DNA of 64,000 bases from a virus, in IMG/VR virus record IMGVR_UViG_3300024054_000015, positions 1 through 64,000 of that record; one strand, written 5' to 3'. The stretch's first letter is position 1. Each line of letters begins with the position of its first letter. A program made the position numbers and the translations under genes. The notes beneath the pieces are model-generated. The model was not told where the DNA came from. It searched no databases and was given only the letters and a program-made list of their open reading frames with translations. This document shows positions 37,722 through 47,224 of this stretch, piece by piece.

Positions 37722-38564
37722 TTGAGGAAAATGAGAATGCCGTCGGTTCAGAAACAAACAGTGGGTCAAAGGCCAGTAGCAAGCGGAGTCCTCGGAAGAA
37801 TCGTACCCGTAAGCAGCTTGTCAAAGGGGATGAAGCTGTTGGTGTACGGAAGAGGAAAAACGGGTAAGACCCGTCTGTTCTCCACGTTTCCAAAGCCTGC
37901 TCTACTGGTAGGTACTGAGGATGGAACCAACAGTATCGCCGACGTGAAGGGCCTGGACTTTATCTACCTCAGGGAAAGCTCTGAGTTGGATGAAGTTTGT
38001 ACGATGCTCAAGAGTGGCAAGTACAAGTCCGTAGGCTTGGACACGGCAGGTGGATTGCAGGACTTGATCCTCAAGGAAGTGTTGGGTTTGGATAACGTAC
38101 CTGTTCAGCGTAGCTGGGGAATGGCCCAGCAACGTGATTGGGGTACAGTTGGTGTCCAACTCAAGGAACGGCTACGCAGGTTGCTAGACCTAGCTGATGC
38201 TGGTATAATGGATGTAATGGTCATCGCTCACGAAAGAAACTTCAACGATGAGGGTGGTAGTGAGCTCATGACCCCCACAGTAGGTGCTGCCCTCAGTCCT
38301 TCTGCTGCCGGTTGGCTTAATGGAGCCACCGACTACATCTGTCAAACTTTTATCAAGGAAGCCACCCAGACAACTACACAAAAGGTGGCGGGAAAGGAGA
38401 TTAGCCAAACGAAGAAGACGGGCAAGGCTGAGTATTGCCTTAGAATTGGAGCCCATCCTGTGTATATTACAGGGTTCAGGGTAAGAAAGTCTGCCCAACA
38501 GTTGCCTGACATGATTGTGGACCCCAGCTACGAGAAGATTCGCAAACTCATTGACGTTTCTTGA
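37722..38564 (+). CDS. AAA_24/Sak4-like recombination ATPase
   Basis: YGRGKTGKT, LDT, IAHE. Confidence 0.8.
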   Translation: MRKMRMPSVQKQTVGQRPVASGVLGRIVPVSSLSKGMKLLVYGRGKTGKTRLFSTFPKPALLVGTEDGTNSIADVKGLDFIYLRESSELDEVCTMLKSGKYKSVGLDTAGGLQDLILKEVLGLDNVPVQRSWGMAQQRDWGTVGVQLKERLRRLLDLADAGIMDVMVIAHERNFNDEGGSELMTPTVGAALSPSAAGWLNGATDYICQTFIKEATQTTTQKVAGKEISQTKKTGKAEYCLRIGAHPVYITGFRVRKSAQQLPDMIVDPSYEKIRKLIDVS

Positions 38565-38578
38565 GAAAGGAACCCTGT

Positions 38579-39742
38579 ATGGCGAAGAAAGTGACGAAGA
38601 GTTCGTTCGCGGAGCGCTTGGCTCAGGCTCACGAGGAGCATAAGGGAGACGAAACACGAGTAGGAAGTGGTGGAGATCTGCCGCCCGGTATCGATCAGGG
38701 AGTAGCACGGCTGGTCGATGTCAAGGTTGGCACCTTCCAGAAGGGTGACAATAAGGGGCAACCGTTCTTCATGGCTGCTGGAACTGTGCTGGAACCTGAC
38801 ACCATCACAGTGGTTGACCAGAAGACAAAGAAGTCTCGCGTGATCCACGTCAAGGGCTTGCGTACCCAGATTGGGCCGGAACCCATCTGTGATACAACCG
38901 CCAAGAAGACTGGCGTGGTGACTTCCTTGTCGGACCATTGGGATCGCGTGCTCAACCACTTGCGGTTGTTGGGAATCGATACTAAAACTATTTCTCCAGA
39001 AGATGTGATCGCGGAGGCTGAAAATGGTGAGTTTAGCTCTGGTGCTGTGTTGGAAGCACTTCTGGAAGCTGCTCCGACATTTCGTTTCCGTACTTGGCAG
39101 GGCAAGCCTAGTGCAGAGTACCCCGATCCGCGTGTGAACCACGATTGGCGAGGGGCCTTTGACTACAGCGAGAATGGAGACGGGGATGCTGTGCAAGACT
39201 CCTCTGGGGAAAAGCCTAAGTGGGAGTCGGATGCTGAGGCTGAGGCCGGGGCCACAGAGGAAGAGGCACCCGTAGAGGAAGAGCCTGAAACCGAAGCTAC
39301 TGAAGAGCCTGAAGAGGATGAGAAGGTGGACTACCTCGCCTTGGCAAAGCTGGCTGATGCTGGCAAGCCCAAGAAGGAAGCCCTGGCAGCAGCCAAGACC
39401 TTGTCTGATCACGCCAAGATGCTTGGAATCGAGGGAGCTGAGGACATGGCTTCCTGGGTAGAGGTGGCCGAGGCAATCGTAGCAGAGGAGCAGCCCGAGG
39501 CCGAGGAAGAGGAGGAAGAGCCTCAGGAGGAGGAAGAGTACCAGGAAGAGCCTGAGGAGTGGGCACCCTCTGAGGGCGAAGTGTGCTACCTCAGCAACGG
39601 AGCTAAGAAGGCTCCCACTGAGTGTGAGATTGTCAAGGTGTACGGCAAGGTTCAGAAGGCCGACATCAAGCGTTTGGACACCAAGAAGATTATCAAGGGT
39701 GTTCCATTCGCGAAGCTGGGGCCGGATGAGATTCCGTTCTAA
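38579..39742 (+). CDS. Putative ssDNA-binding protein with long acidic region
   Basis: Follows exonuclease and Sak4-like genes; ends in DEIPF. Confidence 0.6.
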   Translation: MAKKVTKSSFAERLAQAHEEHKGDETRVGSGGDLPPGIDQGVARLVDVKVGTFQKGDNKGQPFFMAAGTVLEPDTITVVDQKTKKSRVIHVKGLRTQIGPEPICDTTAKKTGVVTSLSDHWDRVLNHLRLLGIDTKTISPEDVIAEAENGEFSSGAVLEALLEAAPTFRFRTWQGKPSAEYPDPRVNHDWRGAFDYSENGDGDAVQDSSGEKPKWESDAEAEAGATEEEAPVEEEPETEATEEPEEDEKVDYLALAKLADAGKPKKEALAAAKTLSDHAKMLGIEGAEDMASWVEVAEAIVAEEQPEAEEEEEEPQEEEEYQEEPEEWAPSEGEVCYLSNGAKKAPTECEIVKVYGKVQKADIKRLDTKKIIKGVPFAKLGPDEIPF

Positions 39743-39757
39743 GTGATCCCTTTCCCA

Positions 39758-39811
39758 ACCCTTCCCATCACGGTGGAATGCTGGCTCTGCCGTGGTTGGG
39801 AAGGGTATTTT
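39758..39811 (+). terminator. Intrinsic terminator
   Basis: ACCCTTCCCA..CACGG pairs with CCGTG..TGGGAAGGGT, then ATTTT. Confidence 0.6.
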
Positions 39812-39932
39812 ATATGACCCATTTGGACTACCAACTGAAACCCGCCCGCAAAATGCTCGCTGGGTCCAAACCAGTGGAGAAACGGGCTATGGCTCAACAC
39901 TGGTAGGAGGGTCTTATTCTTGCGGAGAAGTT

Positions 39933-40217
39933 ATGACGCCGGAAGAACACATACAGCAAGCCGAGTTGAAGATCAGGTGGTGGCGGTCGATCATTGCCAA
40001 GAAGCCGATTACTATTCAGGTTTTCGATAAGTGTAGGAGGGAGTGGGTTGTGATTAAGGATCCTTCCTGGGATTCGATAAACACCTATCGTGAGAAGCCT
40101 AAGCCCTTTGAGGGTTGGGTAGCGACAGCCGATTGCTACCGCACCCAAGAAGACGCGAGTCGTGCTATGGGTGACACTTTCCATAGGCTGATTCACGTCC
40201 GTGAAGTGGAGGAGTGA
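39933..40217 (+). CDS. Hypothetical protein
   Basis: GGAG RBS; PSWD...YREKP. Confidence 0.6.
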   Translation: MTPEEHIQQAELKIRWWRSIIAKKPITIQVFDKCRREWVVIKDPSWDSINTYREKPKPFEGWVATADCYRTQEDASRAMGDTFHRLIHVREVEE

Positions 40218-40606
40218 GGATGAGTCTACCAAAGCTCGAAGATCTGATCCGAGAAAAGATCGATTACAACGGCTATACGCTCAGCTACGTTAATGTCTCG
40301 GATGCTCTTAGGCTGTTGGAGCAGTGCCGACAACTCCAGATGGAATTAGCACAAGCTCGTGCGACCCCTAATCCTACGCGAGACTTTGTTACAGAATGTA
40401 ATGAAGCCTTAGATTCAAAGAATAAGGTAATTAAGCAGTTGGCTACAGAAGTGGAGCGGTTGCGCAATGCGCTGGAACAGTACGCCGACAGAAATCGCTG
40501 GGCTGGAGTGGATCACCAAGTAACCTGGATCAGAACTGAAGGGCCGCAGAGGGATCAGAATTACCCTGGTTGGCGGATAGCTGAGGAGGCGCTGAGGTAT
40601 GAGTAA
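40214..40606 (+). CDS. Hypothetical coiled-coil protein
   Basis: EVERLR module. Confidence 0.6.
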   Translation: MRMSLPKLEDLIREKIDYNGYTLSYVNVSDALRLLEQCRQLQMELAQARATPNPTRDFVTECNEALDSKNKVIKQLATEVERLRNALEQYADRNRWAGVDHQVTWIRTEGPQRDQNYPGWRIAEEALRYE

Positions 40607-40832
40607 AATCTATGAACCATTGGATATGCACACAGAGTGTCGGCGGATAATCAAGCTCCGCATTGCGGAGCTTGGGCTCCTGCGGGCGGAAGTGGAGCGG
40701 TTGCGGAAGGCGTTGCTGTGTCCAGAGTGCGCTGGGAAAGGACAAGTGGCTGTGTTTGGTATCACTACCGTTAACTGGATGGACTGCCCCAACTGCGAGG
40801 CAGCGAAGATCCGAAAGGAAGCACAGAAATGA
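40599..40832 (+). CDS. Small Zn-finger protein
   Basis: EVERLR, CPECAGKG...CPNC. Confidence 0.6.
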   Translation: MSKIYEPLDMHTECRRIIKLRIAELGLLRAEVERLRKALLCPECAGKGQVAVFGITTVNWMDCPNCEAAKIRKEAQK

Positions 40833-42325
40833 GTAAGACTAGAAAGTTGCAGTTTGAGAATCTCGAGTCCCGTCAGTTGCTCTCGACCGATCTATGGCCG
40901 AAAGGGGTGGGACTGAAGGCCGATGTCTTCGTCGATGGCGGGGTTGAATTGTCGAAGGTGTCGTTGGCAAAATCCGCCAACCTCGCTGGACTCACACGCG
41001 AAGTGTTCTTCACCAACAGTGGTGCGACGACGCGCGCTGTGATCGGTGGCAATGCCAACGATACCAACGGTGCTCTGCTGTTCCCGGATGGCCAGCCGCG
41101 ATTTGGCACCATCTATGTCAACGGCGGATCGGCGGGTCATGCCAAGATAATGGGCGCGGCGGGGCGACAAGCAATAGAAACCTTCTATGCCCACGGAGGT
41201 TCCTACACCGGCTCGTGTGCTGGTGAGTTTGTGGCAGCACGTCGTATTCCGTCGCTTTGGGGCGGGAAGGTTGGTAATCAAGGTAACACAGGAAGACAAA
41301 CCATTACGTTTGATGAAACCGACCATCCGCTGGTGCAGGATTTGATGCGCTGGAACGGCGGCAGTAATGTCGTCACCAACGTCCCGCACTATTGGGGACC
41401 GACGAACCGGGAATCTTATCCGCATCCCGAGGGGACGCTGTTCCTCGGCACGATTACGGGCGGGCTGTATCGTGGAACCGATTTCCTCGTCGAATACCAA
41501 CGCGATGCGGAATCGGGGGTAACGGTGCTCAGCCCCTCCCATCCTGAGTATGGTAGGCAGGCTAGTCATACAGCCTTGATGGCGTCGATACTAAAGCGGG
41601 CCAACGATCTGTCGCGCACCACACCGGACCTGAAGGGCACGCTGGTTAGCGACCAGTCCTTGGAAATGAGCGGCCCGGAACAGAAAGTCGGTGATGGGCA
41701 GTATCACAGATATACGCTCGAGGTTCCAGAGGGAACGAGCGTACTGTACGTGGGTCTCACCAACCTTAGCGGCAACGCTGACCTCTTTATACAGAAGGAT
41801 GGCGTAGCGCACGCTGGTAGCTACCTAGTGAAGTCAACCAACGTCGGCGATGACATGGTGGCAATTCCAAGCCCGGAGGCTGGCACGTATGAGATCAGTG
41901 TGTTCGGGGCACATACGGTGTTGAATGGTGCAGCCTACACTTTGTCAGTGAAAGCTCAAGCGGTGGACATGGTACTAGCGGAAGCGGAGATGAACATGAG
42001 TGACGAGGTGAAGGTCGAAGGTCCGTACACCTTCGGGTTGACCCCTGGCTCCAAGTTGGAGGTCCAGACCATTGAAGGTCAGGAGATCGATCGCCTGCGG
42101 GTGGAAATGGATCAGTTACAAAAGAAACTGGATGAGGCTAACAAGTTGTTGGCCGCGTCGATGCGACTGTTGAAGAATCGCGATTACTATTGGAGTTGGA
42201 ACTATAAGCTGGAGCAATACGGCTACTTCAGCCAGGGTGAGTACGTCGGTACGGAGTTACTGGACGTGGTGAAACTGGAGGCCAGACTCGCAAATGAAAG
42301 AGCCAGCAACAGTAACGCCAGTTGA
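40829..42325 (+). CDS. Planctomycete-type exported protein: BPL_N/GATase-like domain plus PPC domain
   Basis: N-terminal RKLQFENLESRQLLS; GGSYTGSCAG and SHPE; PPC-like GNADLFI...PEAGTYEISVFG. Confidence 0.7.
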   Translation: MSKTRKLQFENLESRQLLSTDLWPKGVGLKADVFVDGGVELSKVSLAKSANLAGLTREVFFTNSGATTRAVIGGNANDTNGALLFPDGQPRFGTIYVNGGSAGHAKIMGAAGRQAIETFYAHGGSYTGSCAGEFVAARRIPSLWGGKVGNQGNTGRQTITFDETDHPLVQDLMRWNGGSNVVTNVPHYWGPTNRESYPHPEGTLFLGTITGGLYRGTDFLVEYQRDAESGVTVLSPSHPEYGRQASHTALMASILKRANDLSRTTPDLKGTLVSDQSLEMSGPEQKVGDGQYHRYTLEVPEGTSVLYVGLTNLSGNADLFIQKDGVAHAGSYLVKSTNVGDDMVAIPSPEAGTYEISVFGAHTVLNGAAYTLSVKAQAVDMVLAEAEMNMSDEVKVEGPYTFGLTPGSKLEVQTIEGQEIDRLRVEMDQLQKKLDEANKLLAASMRLLKNRDYYWSWNYKLEQYGYFSQGEYVGTELLDVVKLEARLANERASNSNAS

Positions 42326-42487
42326 GTGTCGGGTGTGCGACGGCTATGGGGTTCTGTATCGCACCGTCGTGCAGAGAGACGGTGAAGAATACGAGGTAGC
42401 CGATGAGTGTCCAGCGTGCGGCGGGCATGGGTGGACCGTAGAACTTGTCAAAGGTGGTGTTGTTTCTGTTTAGTTTCTGTAAGGAGA

Positions 42488-42937
42488 ATGATGATGGTGC
42501 GAAGGATGTTGATGGTGTTCGTGGTGTTGGTGTTGGTGTCTGACGTGAATGCAGGTATCTTCAACTGGCGAAGAGCTCGCTGCTCCAATGGATCCTGTGG
42601 TACAGCTTCAGCAGTACAAAAGGAAACTGCTGTGCAGAAGGAAGCCGTTCAAAAGGAGGCTGTGCAGAAAGAGGCCGTGCAAAAGTCCGTGGTGGTCACG
42701 CAAGGTAGTCCACTTTACGGGATCTGCCTCCGCAAAGCTCGTCTACAGGCGGCACGCGGACGAGTGTTTCATCCAGGAGGTAGTATGGGCAGTTGCCATT
42801 ACGAAGGATGTGGTAGTGGTTCTACAGCCGCTCAAGCTCTGGCTAATTGCTGCTTCACTGGAAAGCGACGTTGTGCAGCCTCAGCAGTAGTGCGAGGGGC
42901 GAACGGTCGTTACTACGCTACCAAACTCTTCTGGTAG
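42488..42937 (+). CDS. Secreted Cys-rich protein with QKEAV repeats
   Basis: Signal peptide-like N-terminus; four AVQK repeats; HPGG..EGCG..NCC..GRYYA. Confidence 0.65.
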   Translation: MMMVRRMLMVFVVLVLVSDVNAGIFNWRRARCSNGSCGTASAVQKETAVQKEAVQKEAVQKEAVQKSVVVTQGSPLYGICLRKARLQAARGRVFHPGGSMGSCHYEGCGSGSTAAQALANCCFTGKRRCAASAVVRGANGRYYATKLFW

Positions 42938-42942
42938 TCTAC

Positions 42943-43029
42943 GGGCCTGATAGTGTAATCGGTAGCACATTGCTGTTCAAGATCGGTGGCTTGGCAGTGA
43001 AGGTGTGGGTTCGAATCCCACTAAGGTCC
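42943..43029 (+). tRNA. tRNA-like element (His-like) with an elongated anticodon arm
   Basis: D arm GTGT-AATCGGTA-GCAC; T arm GTGGG-TTCGAAT-CCCAC; G-1:C73 pair; no canonical 7-nt anticodon loop. Confidence 0.55.
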
Positions 43030-43296
43030 TTGAAAACAAGACTGTAAATCTGGCAGCAGTAATGTCGCAACGCACAGTCTACAACCGACCTCACGGACGC
43101 TCGCGAAAGCGTTGGTCTGGCAGGTTTGTGCGTAGCTGTAGAAATGTCTGGTCTTTGTTCGCGGGAGCTGGACCGTCTCCACGGAGACGTTTCGAGCCTA
43201 CACTCCTTTCCACAGATGGGCTTTTGTCCGGGTTAGCCGCCGGACGCTGGTGGGCTCCGGAAGCTAATGTCCGTCCCACCCAACTAAGCAGTACCT

Positions 43297-43962
43297 ATGG
43301 TCATATCTACCGCCTGCTGGGGCGGAAGAAAGAAATACCAGCTAGAGTTTTACAAGAATTATCATACAGAATGGAGTCAATTAGTGGGACCATTTCTTGA
43401 TAAGTTAAGGAAGACTCTGGACGAGAAGCCAGTAGCTATATGGACGCCTAGGCCAGAAGTCTTGCTTCTTCCGCAGATTCCCAAACCCATGCACGGACTT
43501 GCTCCTAGGGTAATCCTTGGAGACAAGTGGTGGAATGAGACTAGACGTGCTGCCTACAATAAAACTGACAATCATTGTATCGCCTGTGGAGTTCACAAAA
43601 CCCGAGCTAAGGGTCCAAAATGGATGGAGGCCCACGAGGTCTACCGTACTAACTATCTACAGGGCAGAATGGTCTTTCTGGAAGCTGTTCCACTGTGTCA
43701 CTACTGTCACAACTTCATACATAGTGGGCGTCTGCAGGCCCTCTTGGATAAGCACAGAATCACACAGCAGCGGTTTACCTCTATTATCCAACATGGTGAG
43801 CGCGTGCTTGGTCAGGCTGGTTTGGAGAAGGCTCCGCCATACGAAGGTAAAATCGCGCCGTGGTCAAGCTGGCGTCTCGTGTTGAACCGTAAGATGTATA
43901 AGCCACGCTTCAAGTCAGCAGAGGCTTGGGCTAAACACTTCGGGGTAGAATTGGAGGAGTAA
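43297..43962 (+). CDS. HNH-like Zn-binding protein
   Basis: CIACG, AHEVY, LCHYCHNFIH; likely start is the GTG at 43384. Confidence 0.65.
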   Translation: MVISTACWGGRKKYQLEFYKNYHTEWSQLVGPFLDKLRKTLDEKPVAIWTPRPEVLLLPQIPKPMHGLAPRVILGDKWWNETRRAAYNKTDNHCIACGVHKTRAKGPKWMEAHEVYRTNYLQGRMVFLEAVPLCHYCHNFIHSGRLQALLDKHRITQQRFTSIIQHGERVLGQAGLEKAPPYEGKIAPWSSWRLVLNRKMYKPRFKSAEAWAKHFGVELEE

Positions 43963-43963
43963 G

Positions 43964-45970
43964 GTGCCGAAAGTAAAGGAGCATATCTATGCCTTGGATA
44001 CCGAAGCTACAGGGTTAGATCTAAGGCATGGGGCTAGGCCGTTCTTTGTCAGCATTTGCACACAGGACAACGAGGTACACTATTGGGAAGCTACAGTTGA
44101 TCCACTAACTAGGAGGCCTTATTGGAAAGAGGAGGACTTGTATGAAATCCAGGAGATGATAGATGAGGCCGATACCTTGGTCCTGCAAAACCCTCGGTAC
44201 GACTTTCGTGGGCTGGACCTGTTGGGACTCAGGGCTGGTACTCCAAGGAATTGGATCAAGGTCCGCGATACGTTAATGGCTGGGCATCTGCTAGTGTCCA
44301 ATCAGCCACATGATCTAACCACTATGGCTATGATCTATCTGAGGCTGAACATTCAACCACTTGAGGACAAGCTGGAGGCAGCGGTTAAGGAGGCCGTTAG
44401 GATTGCCAAGCGCAAGTACCCTAAGTGGAGGTTGGCTAAGAAAGACCTGCCCGAGATGCCTAGTGCCAAGGACAAGGTCTGGAAGTACGACTCCTGGCTA
44501 CCCAAGGCTATTGCCGCAGCAGAGGGCTACGAGCCTGACCATGACTGGTGGACCGTTCTAGCAAACTACGGCAACGGCGACAGTAGTGTGACCCTGCCGT
44601 TGTACTTAGCCCAGGAGAAGCTGCTAATCAAGGCTGGGCTTTACAGTATCTACAAGTTCCGGCTCAAGCTGTTGCCAACCATCTACAAGATGGAAACACA
44701 TGGCATGACTATGAGTAAGGAGCGGACCACCGAACTACTGGCTAGGCTCACAGATGAATCCGAGCAGTGTCGCGCTAACTGTATAGAGCTCTCTGATGGA
44801 GAGTTGGAGGACTTGCCCGTTAATGGAATGAGCAATGCTCTACGGCATGTGCTGTTTGAGAAGTTCTCCTTACACTCACCTAAGCAAACAGCCGCAGGAA
44901 AGTCCAGTGCTGACAAGTTCGTGCTGGACCACTGGATCGCTACTCTTCCAGAAAGTTCCAGGGCTTGGAAGTTTGTTAACGACCTGAAGAGGTACCGAAA
45001 GCGTAAGACTGCCATAGGGTACATTCACTCCTATGAGAAGTTCTGGCAGCATACGGTAGTCACGCTGCGTGGTAGTGGTACTGTCATGATAGTGTACCCC
45101 TCGTATAATCCGACGGGCACAGATACGCTGCGGTTCAGTAGCCAGAACCCTAATGCCCAACAGGTCAGCAAGCAGGAGGAGGTCAACACTCGCTACTGCT
45201 TTGGTCCAGCCCCAGGTCGTGAGTGGTGGTCCATAGACTTCTCCAACCTGGAGTTGCGTATCCCAGCCTACGAGTCGGGCGAAGAGGAGATGATATTCCT
45301 GTTCGAGCATCCGAACGATCCACCCTACTATGGCTCCTACCACATGATGATCTTCGACACGCTGCACCCTAACCTGTTCCTGGAACATGGTATGGAGTGC
45401 AAGAAGGTCTTCGAGTCTACGTGGTATCAGTGGACCAAGAATGGAAACTTTGCTGTGCAGTATGGGGCTGTGGAGCATAGTGGTACGGCAGATAAAGCCT
45501 ACCACGTACTAGGAGCCCAGCGTAAGATCATGTCGCGGTTCACTAGGATCAAGCAACTCAGCAATCGGTGGATCGAGTTCGCCAATAAGTCTGGCTATGT
45601 GGAAACAATGCCCGACAAGACAGTGGACCCTATTCGGGGTTATCCCCTATACTGTACCCGCACCAACTACGGCAAGGTCTTGGAAACAGTGCCTCTAAGC
45701 TACCACGTTCAGGGTACTGCCATGTGGATCACCTGTAGGGCGATGATTGACTGCCAGAACTACTTGGACATACATAAGAGTAGTGGTGGCAGGATAATCT
45801 CACAGATCCATGACGAGATCCTGTTCGACTTCCCGGTAGGTGTAGGCAAGCACCATGTTGGGAATCTTAGGAAGCTAATGGAGCAGGTAGGTCAGGATAT
45901 TGGGGTTCCATTGGCAACCACTTGCGGCTATCATCCAGTAACTTGGGCCAAGTCGGAGAACTATCAGTGA
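43964..45970 (+). CDS. DNA polymerase family A with 3'-5' exonuclease
   Basis: DTEATG, DFSNLELR, KNGNFAVQYG, QIHDEI. Confidence 0.93.
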   Translation: MPKVKEHIYALDTEATGLDLRHGARPFFVSICTQDNEVHYWEATVDPLTRRPYWKEEDLYEIQEMIDEADTLVLQNPRYDFRGLDLLGLRAGTPRNWIKVRDTLMAGHLLVSNQPHDLTTMAMIYLRLNIQPLEDKLEAAVKEAVRIAKRKYPKWRLAKKDLPEMPSAKDKVWKYDSWLPKAIAAAEGYEPDHDWWTVLANYGNGDSSVTLPLYLAQEKLLIKAGLYSIYKFRLKLLPTIYKMETHGMTMSKERTTELLARLTDESEQCRANCIELSDGELEDLPVNGMSNALRHVLFEKFSLHSPKQTAAGKSSADKFVLDHWIATLPESSRAWKFVNDLKRYRKRKTAIGYIHSYEKFWQHTVVTLRGSGTVMIVYPSYNPTGTDTLRFSSQNPNAQQVSKQEEVNTRYCFGPAPGREWWSIDFSNLELRIPAYESGEEEMIFLFEHPNDPPYYGSYHMMIFDTLHPNLFLEHGMECKKVFESTWYQWTKNGNFAVQYGAVEHSGTADKAYHVLGAQRKIMSRFTRIKQLSNRWIEFANKSGYVETMPDKTVDPIRGYPLYCTRTNYGKVLETVPLSYHVQGTAMWITCRAMIDCQNYLDIHKSSGGRIISQIHDEILFDFPVGVGKHHVGNLRKLMEQVGQDIGVPLATTCGYHPVTWAKSENYQ

Positions 45971-46356
45971 AGGCTAAGTGTGTAGCTATCTTAGATACTA
46001 TGTGGGGAGGATCTGGCAAGGCTCCAGGTATGTTTAGGATAAACCCTAAGAACCACACAGGCCGGAGGCTGTACTGGTTCCTCGGCCACAAGGATCTATG
46101 GGTTACGAATGCCTGCACAGAGTACGTCGCCAATGCCAAGCTGCACGGGAGGCCAGACCCTAAGAGGTTGGCAACTAACCTCCAGAGAGTCACCTGTGAC
46201 CTATTGCTGGTCTGTGGTTCGGTGGCTGCTAAAGCCTTTAGGAAGTGTGGCTACAAACCGAAGTGTAGGGTCATATACATTCCGCATCCAGCTTGGCGTG
46301 GTTGGACAATGGAGCACTTGGAAGAAGTGAGAAGGAGAATACAAGATGAAGATTGA
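45967..46356 (+). CDS. Divergent UDG-superfamily-like protein
   Basis: WVTNAC, LLVCGSVA, IPHPAWR. Confidence 0.55.
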   Translation: MKAKCVAILDTMWGGSGKAPGMFRINPKNHTGRRLYWFLGHKDLWVTNACTEYVANAKLHGRPDPKRLATNLQRVTCDLLLVCGSVAAKAFRKCGYKPKCRVIYIPHPAWRGWTMEHLEEVRRRIQDED

Positions 46357-47224
46357 AGATGTTAGGAAGCTAAGCCCAGAAGGGAGGTTTCTGTATTGGG
46401 TTGGGGAAAGATGGAATATCCTTAGCAAGAGAAGGAGTGGCTATGTAAGGCCCTGGACGAATGACAAGATCTTACAGTCCTACTACTTTACCAATGTGAA
46501 GCGTAAGGATGACAAGGTCACCATCTGGGTTACTGAGAACATTATTGGACCAATGCAATGGGATCCACTGGTCATCTTTGCAGTCCTAGCCTTTCGGTGG
46601 TTCAACCAACCCCAACCTTCTGGAGAGTATCTAGTAAGTCATGATCTTCTAAAGCTGTGGAACTGCGAGTTGGCAGTGAAGGGACTTACAGGGTTCAAGA
46701 ACGCGGGCTTGAAAGTGTTCACTGGAGCCTTTAACATTTCCAATGGAGGTAGTAGCAAGCCTAAAGTCAACCGCGTCTGCGAGGACTACATCCAGCCAGT
46801 ATGGGAGTGTCGAGAGAACTTACTGAACCGTATATTAGAGCCCAAGGAGCGTACCCTCGCAAGAGCCTTTGAGGTAATCTCCGAGTATCCAGGTATGGGT
46901 GGCAGTGGCTTCATGGCTGCTCAGGTTGTCTGTGATCTAGCCTACACACACTTTCTAGAGGATGCTAAGGACTTTGAAACATGGTGTTCCTGGGGTCCGG
47001 GAAGTAGACGTGGTATGAATAGAGTGTGTGGCTTTGATGAAAACTTTCCAATGCCAGCAGGGGATTGGAATGTTAGACTTCAACGCTTGCGTGGGGTCAT
47101 CAGTAGGAAGCTTGGCCTAAACCTCCATGCCCGCGATGTTCAGAACTGTCTATGTGAGTTCTCGAAATACGAAAGGGCTTTGTGGAATCAAGGTCACTTA
47201 AAGAGGAGGTACAAGGGTGCCTAG
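46346..47224 (+). CDS. 5-hmdU DNA kinase-like protein (aGPT-Pplase1 family)
   Basis: PWTNDKILQSYYFTNVKRKDD, FRWFN, GPGSRRG, QNCLCEFSKY. Confidence 0.85.
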   Translation: MKIEDVRKLSPEGRFLYWVGERWNILSKRRSGYVRPWTNDKILQSYYFTNVKRKDDKVTIWVTENIIGPMQWDPLVIFAVLAFRWFNQPQPSGEYLVSHDLLKLWNCELAVKGLTGFKNAGLKVFTGAFNISNGGSSKPKVNRVCEDYIQPVWECRENLLNRILEPKERTLARAFEVISEYPGMGGSGFMAAQVVCDLAYTHFLEDAKDFETWCSWGPGSRRGMNRVCGFDENFPMPAGDWNVRLQRLRGVISRKLGLNLHARDVQNCLCEFSKYERALWNQGHLKRRYKGA

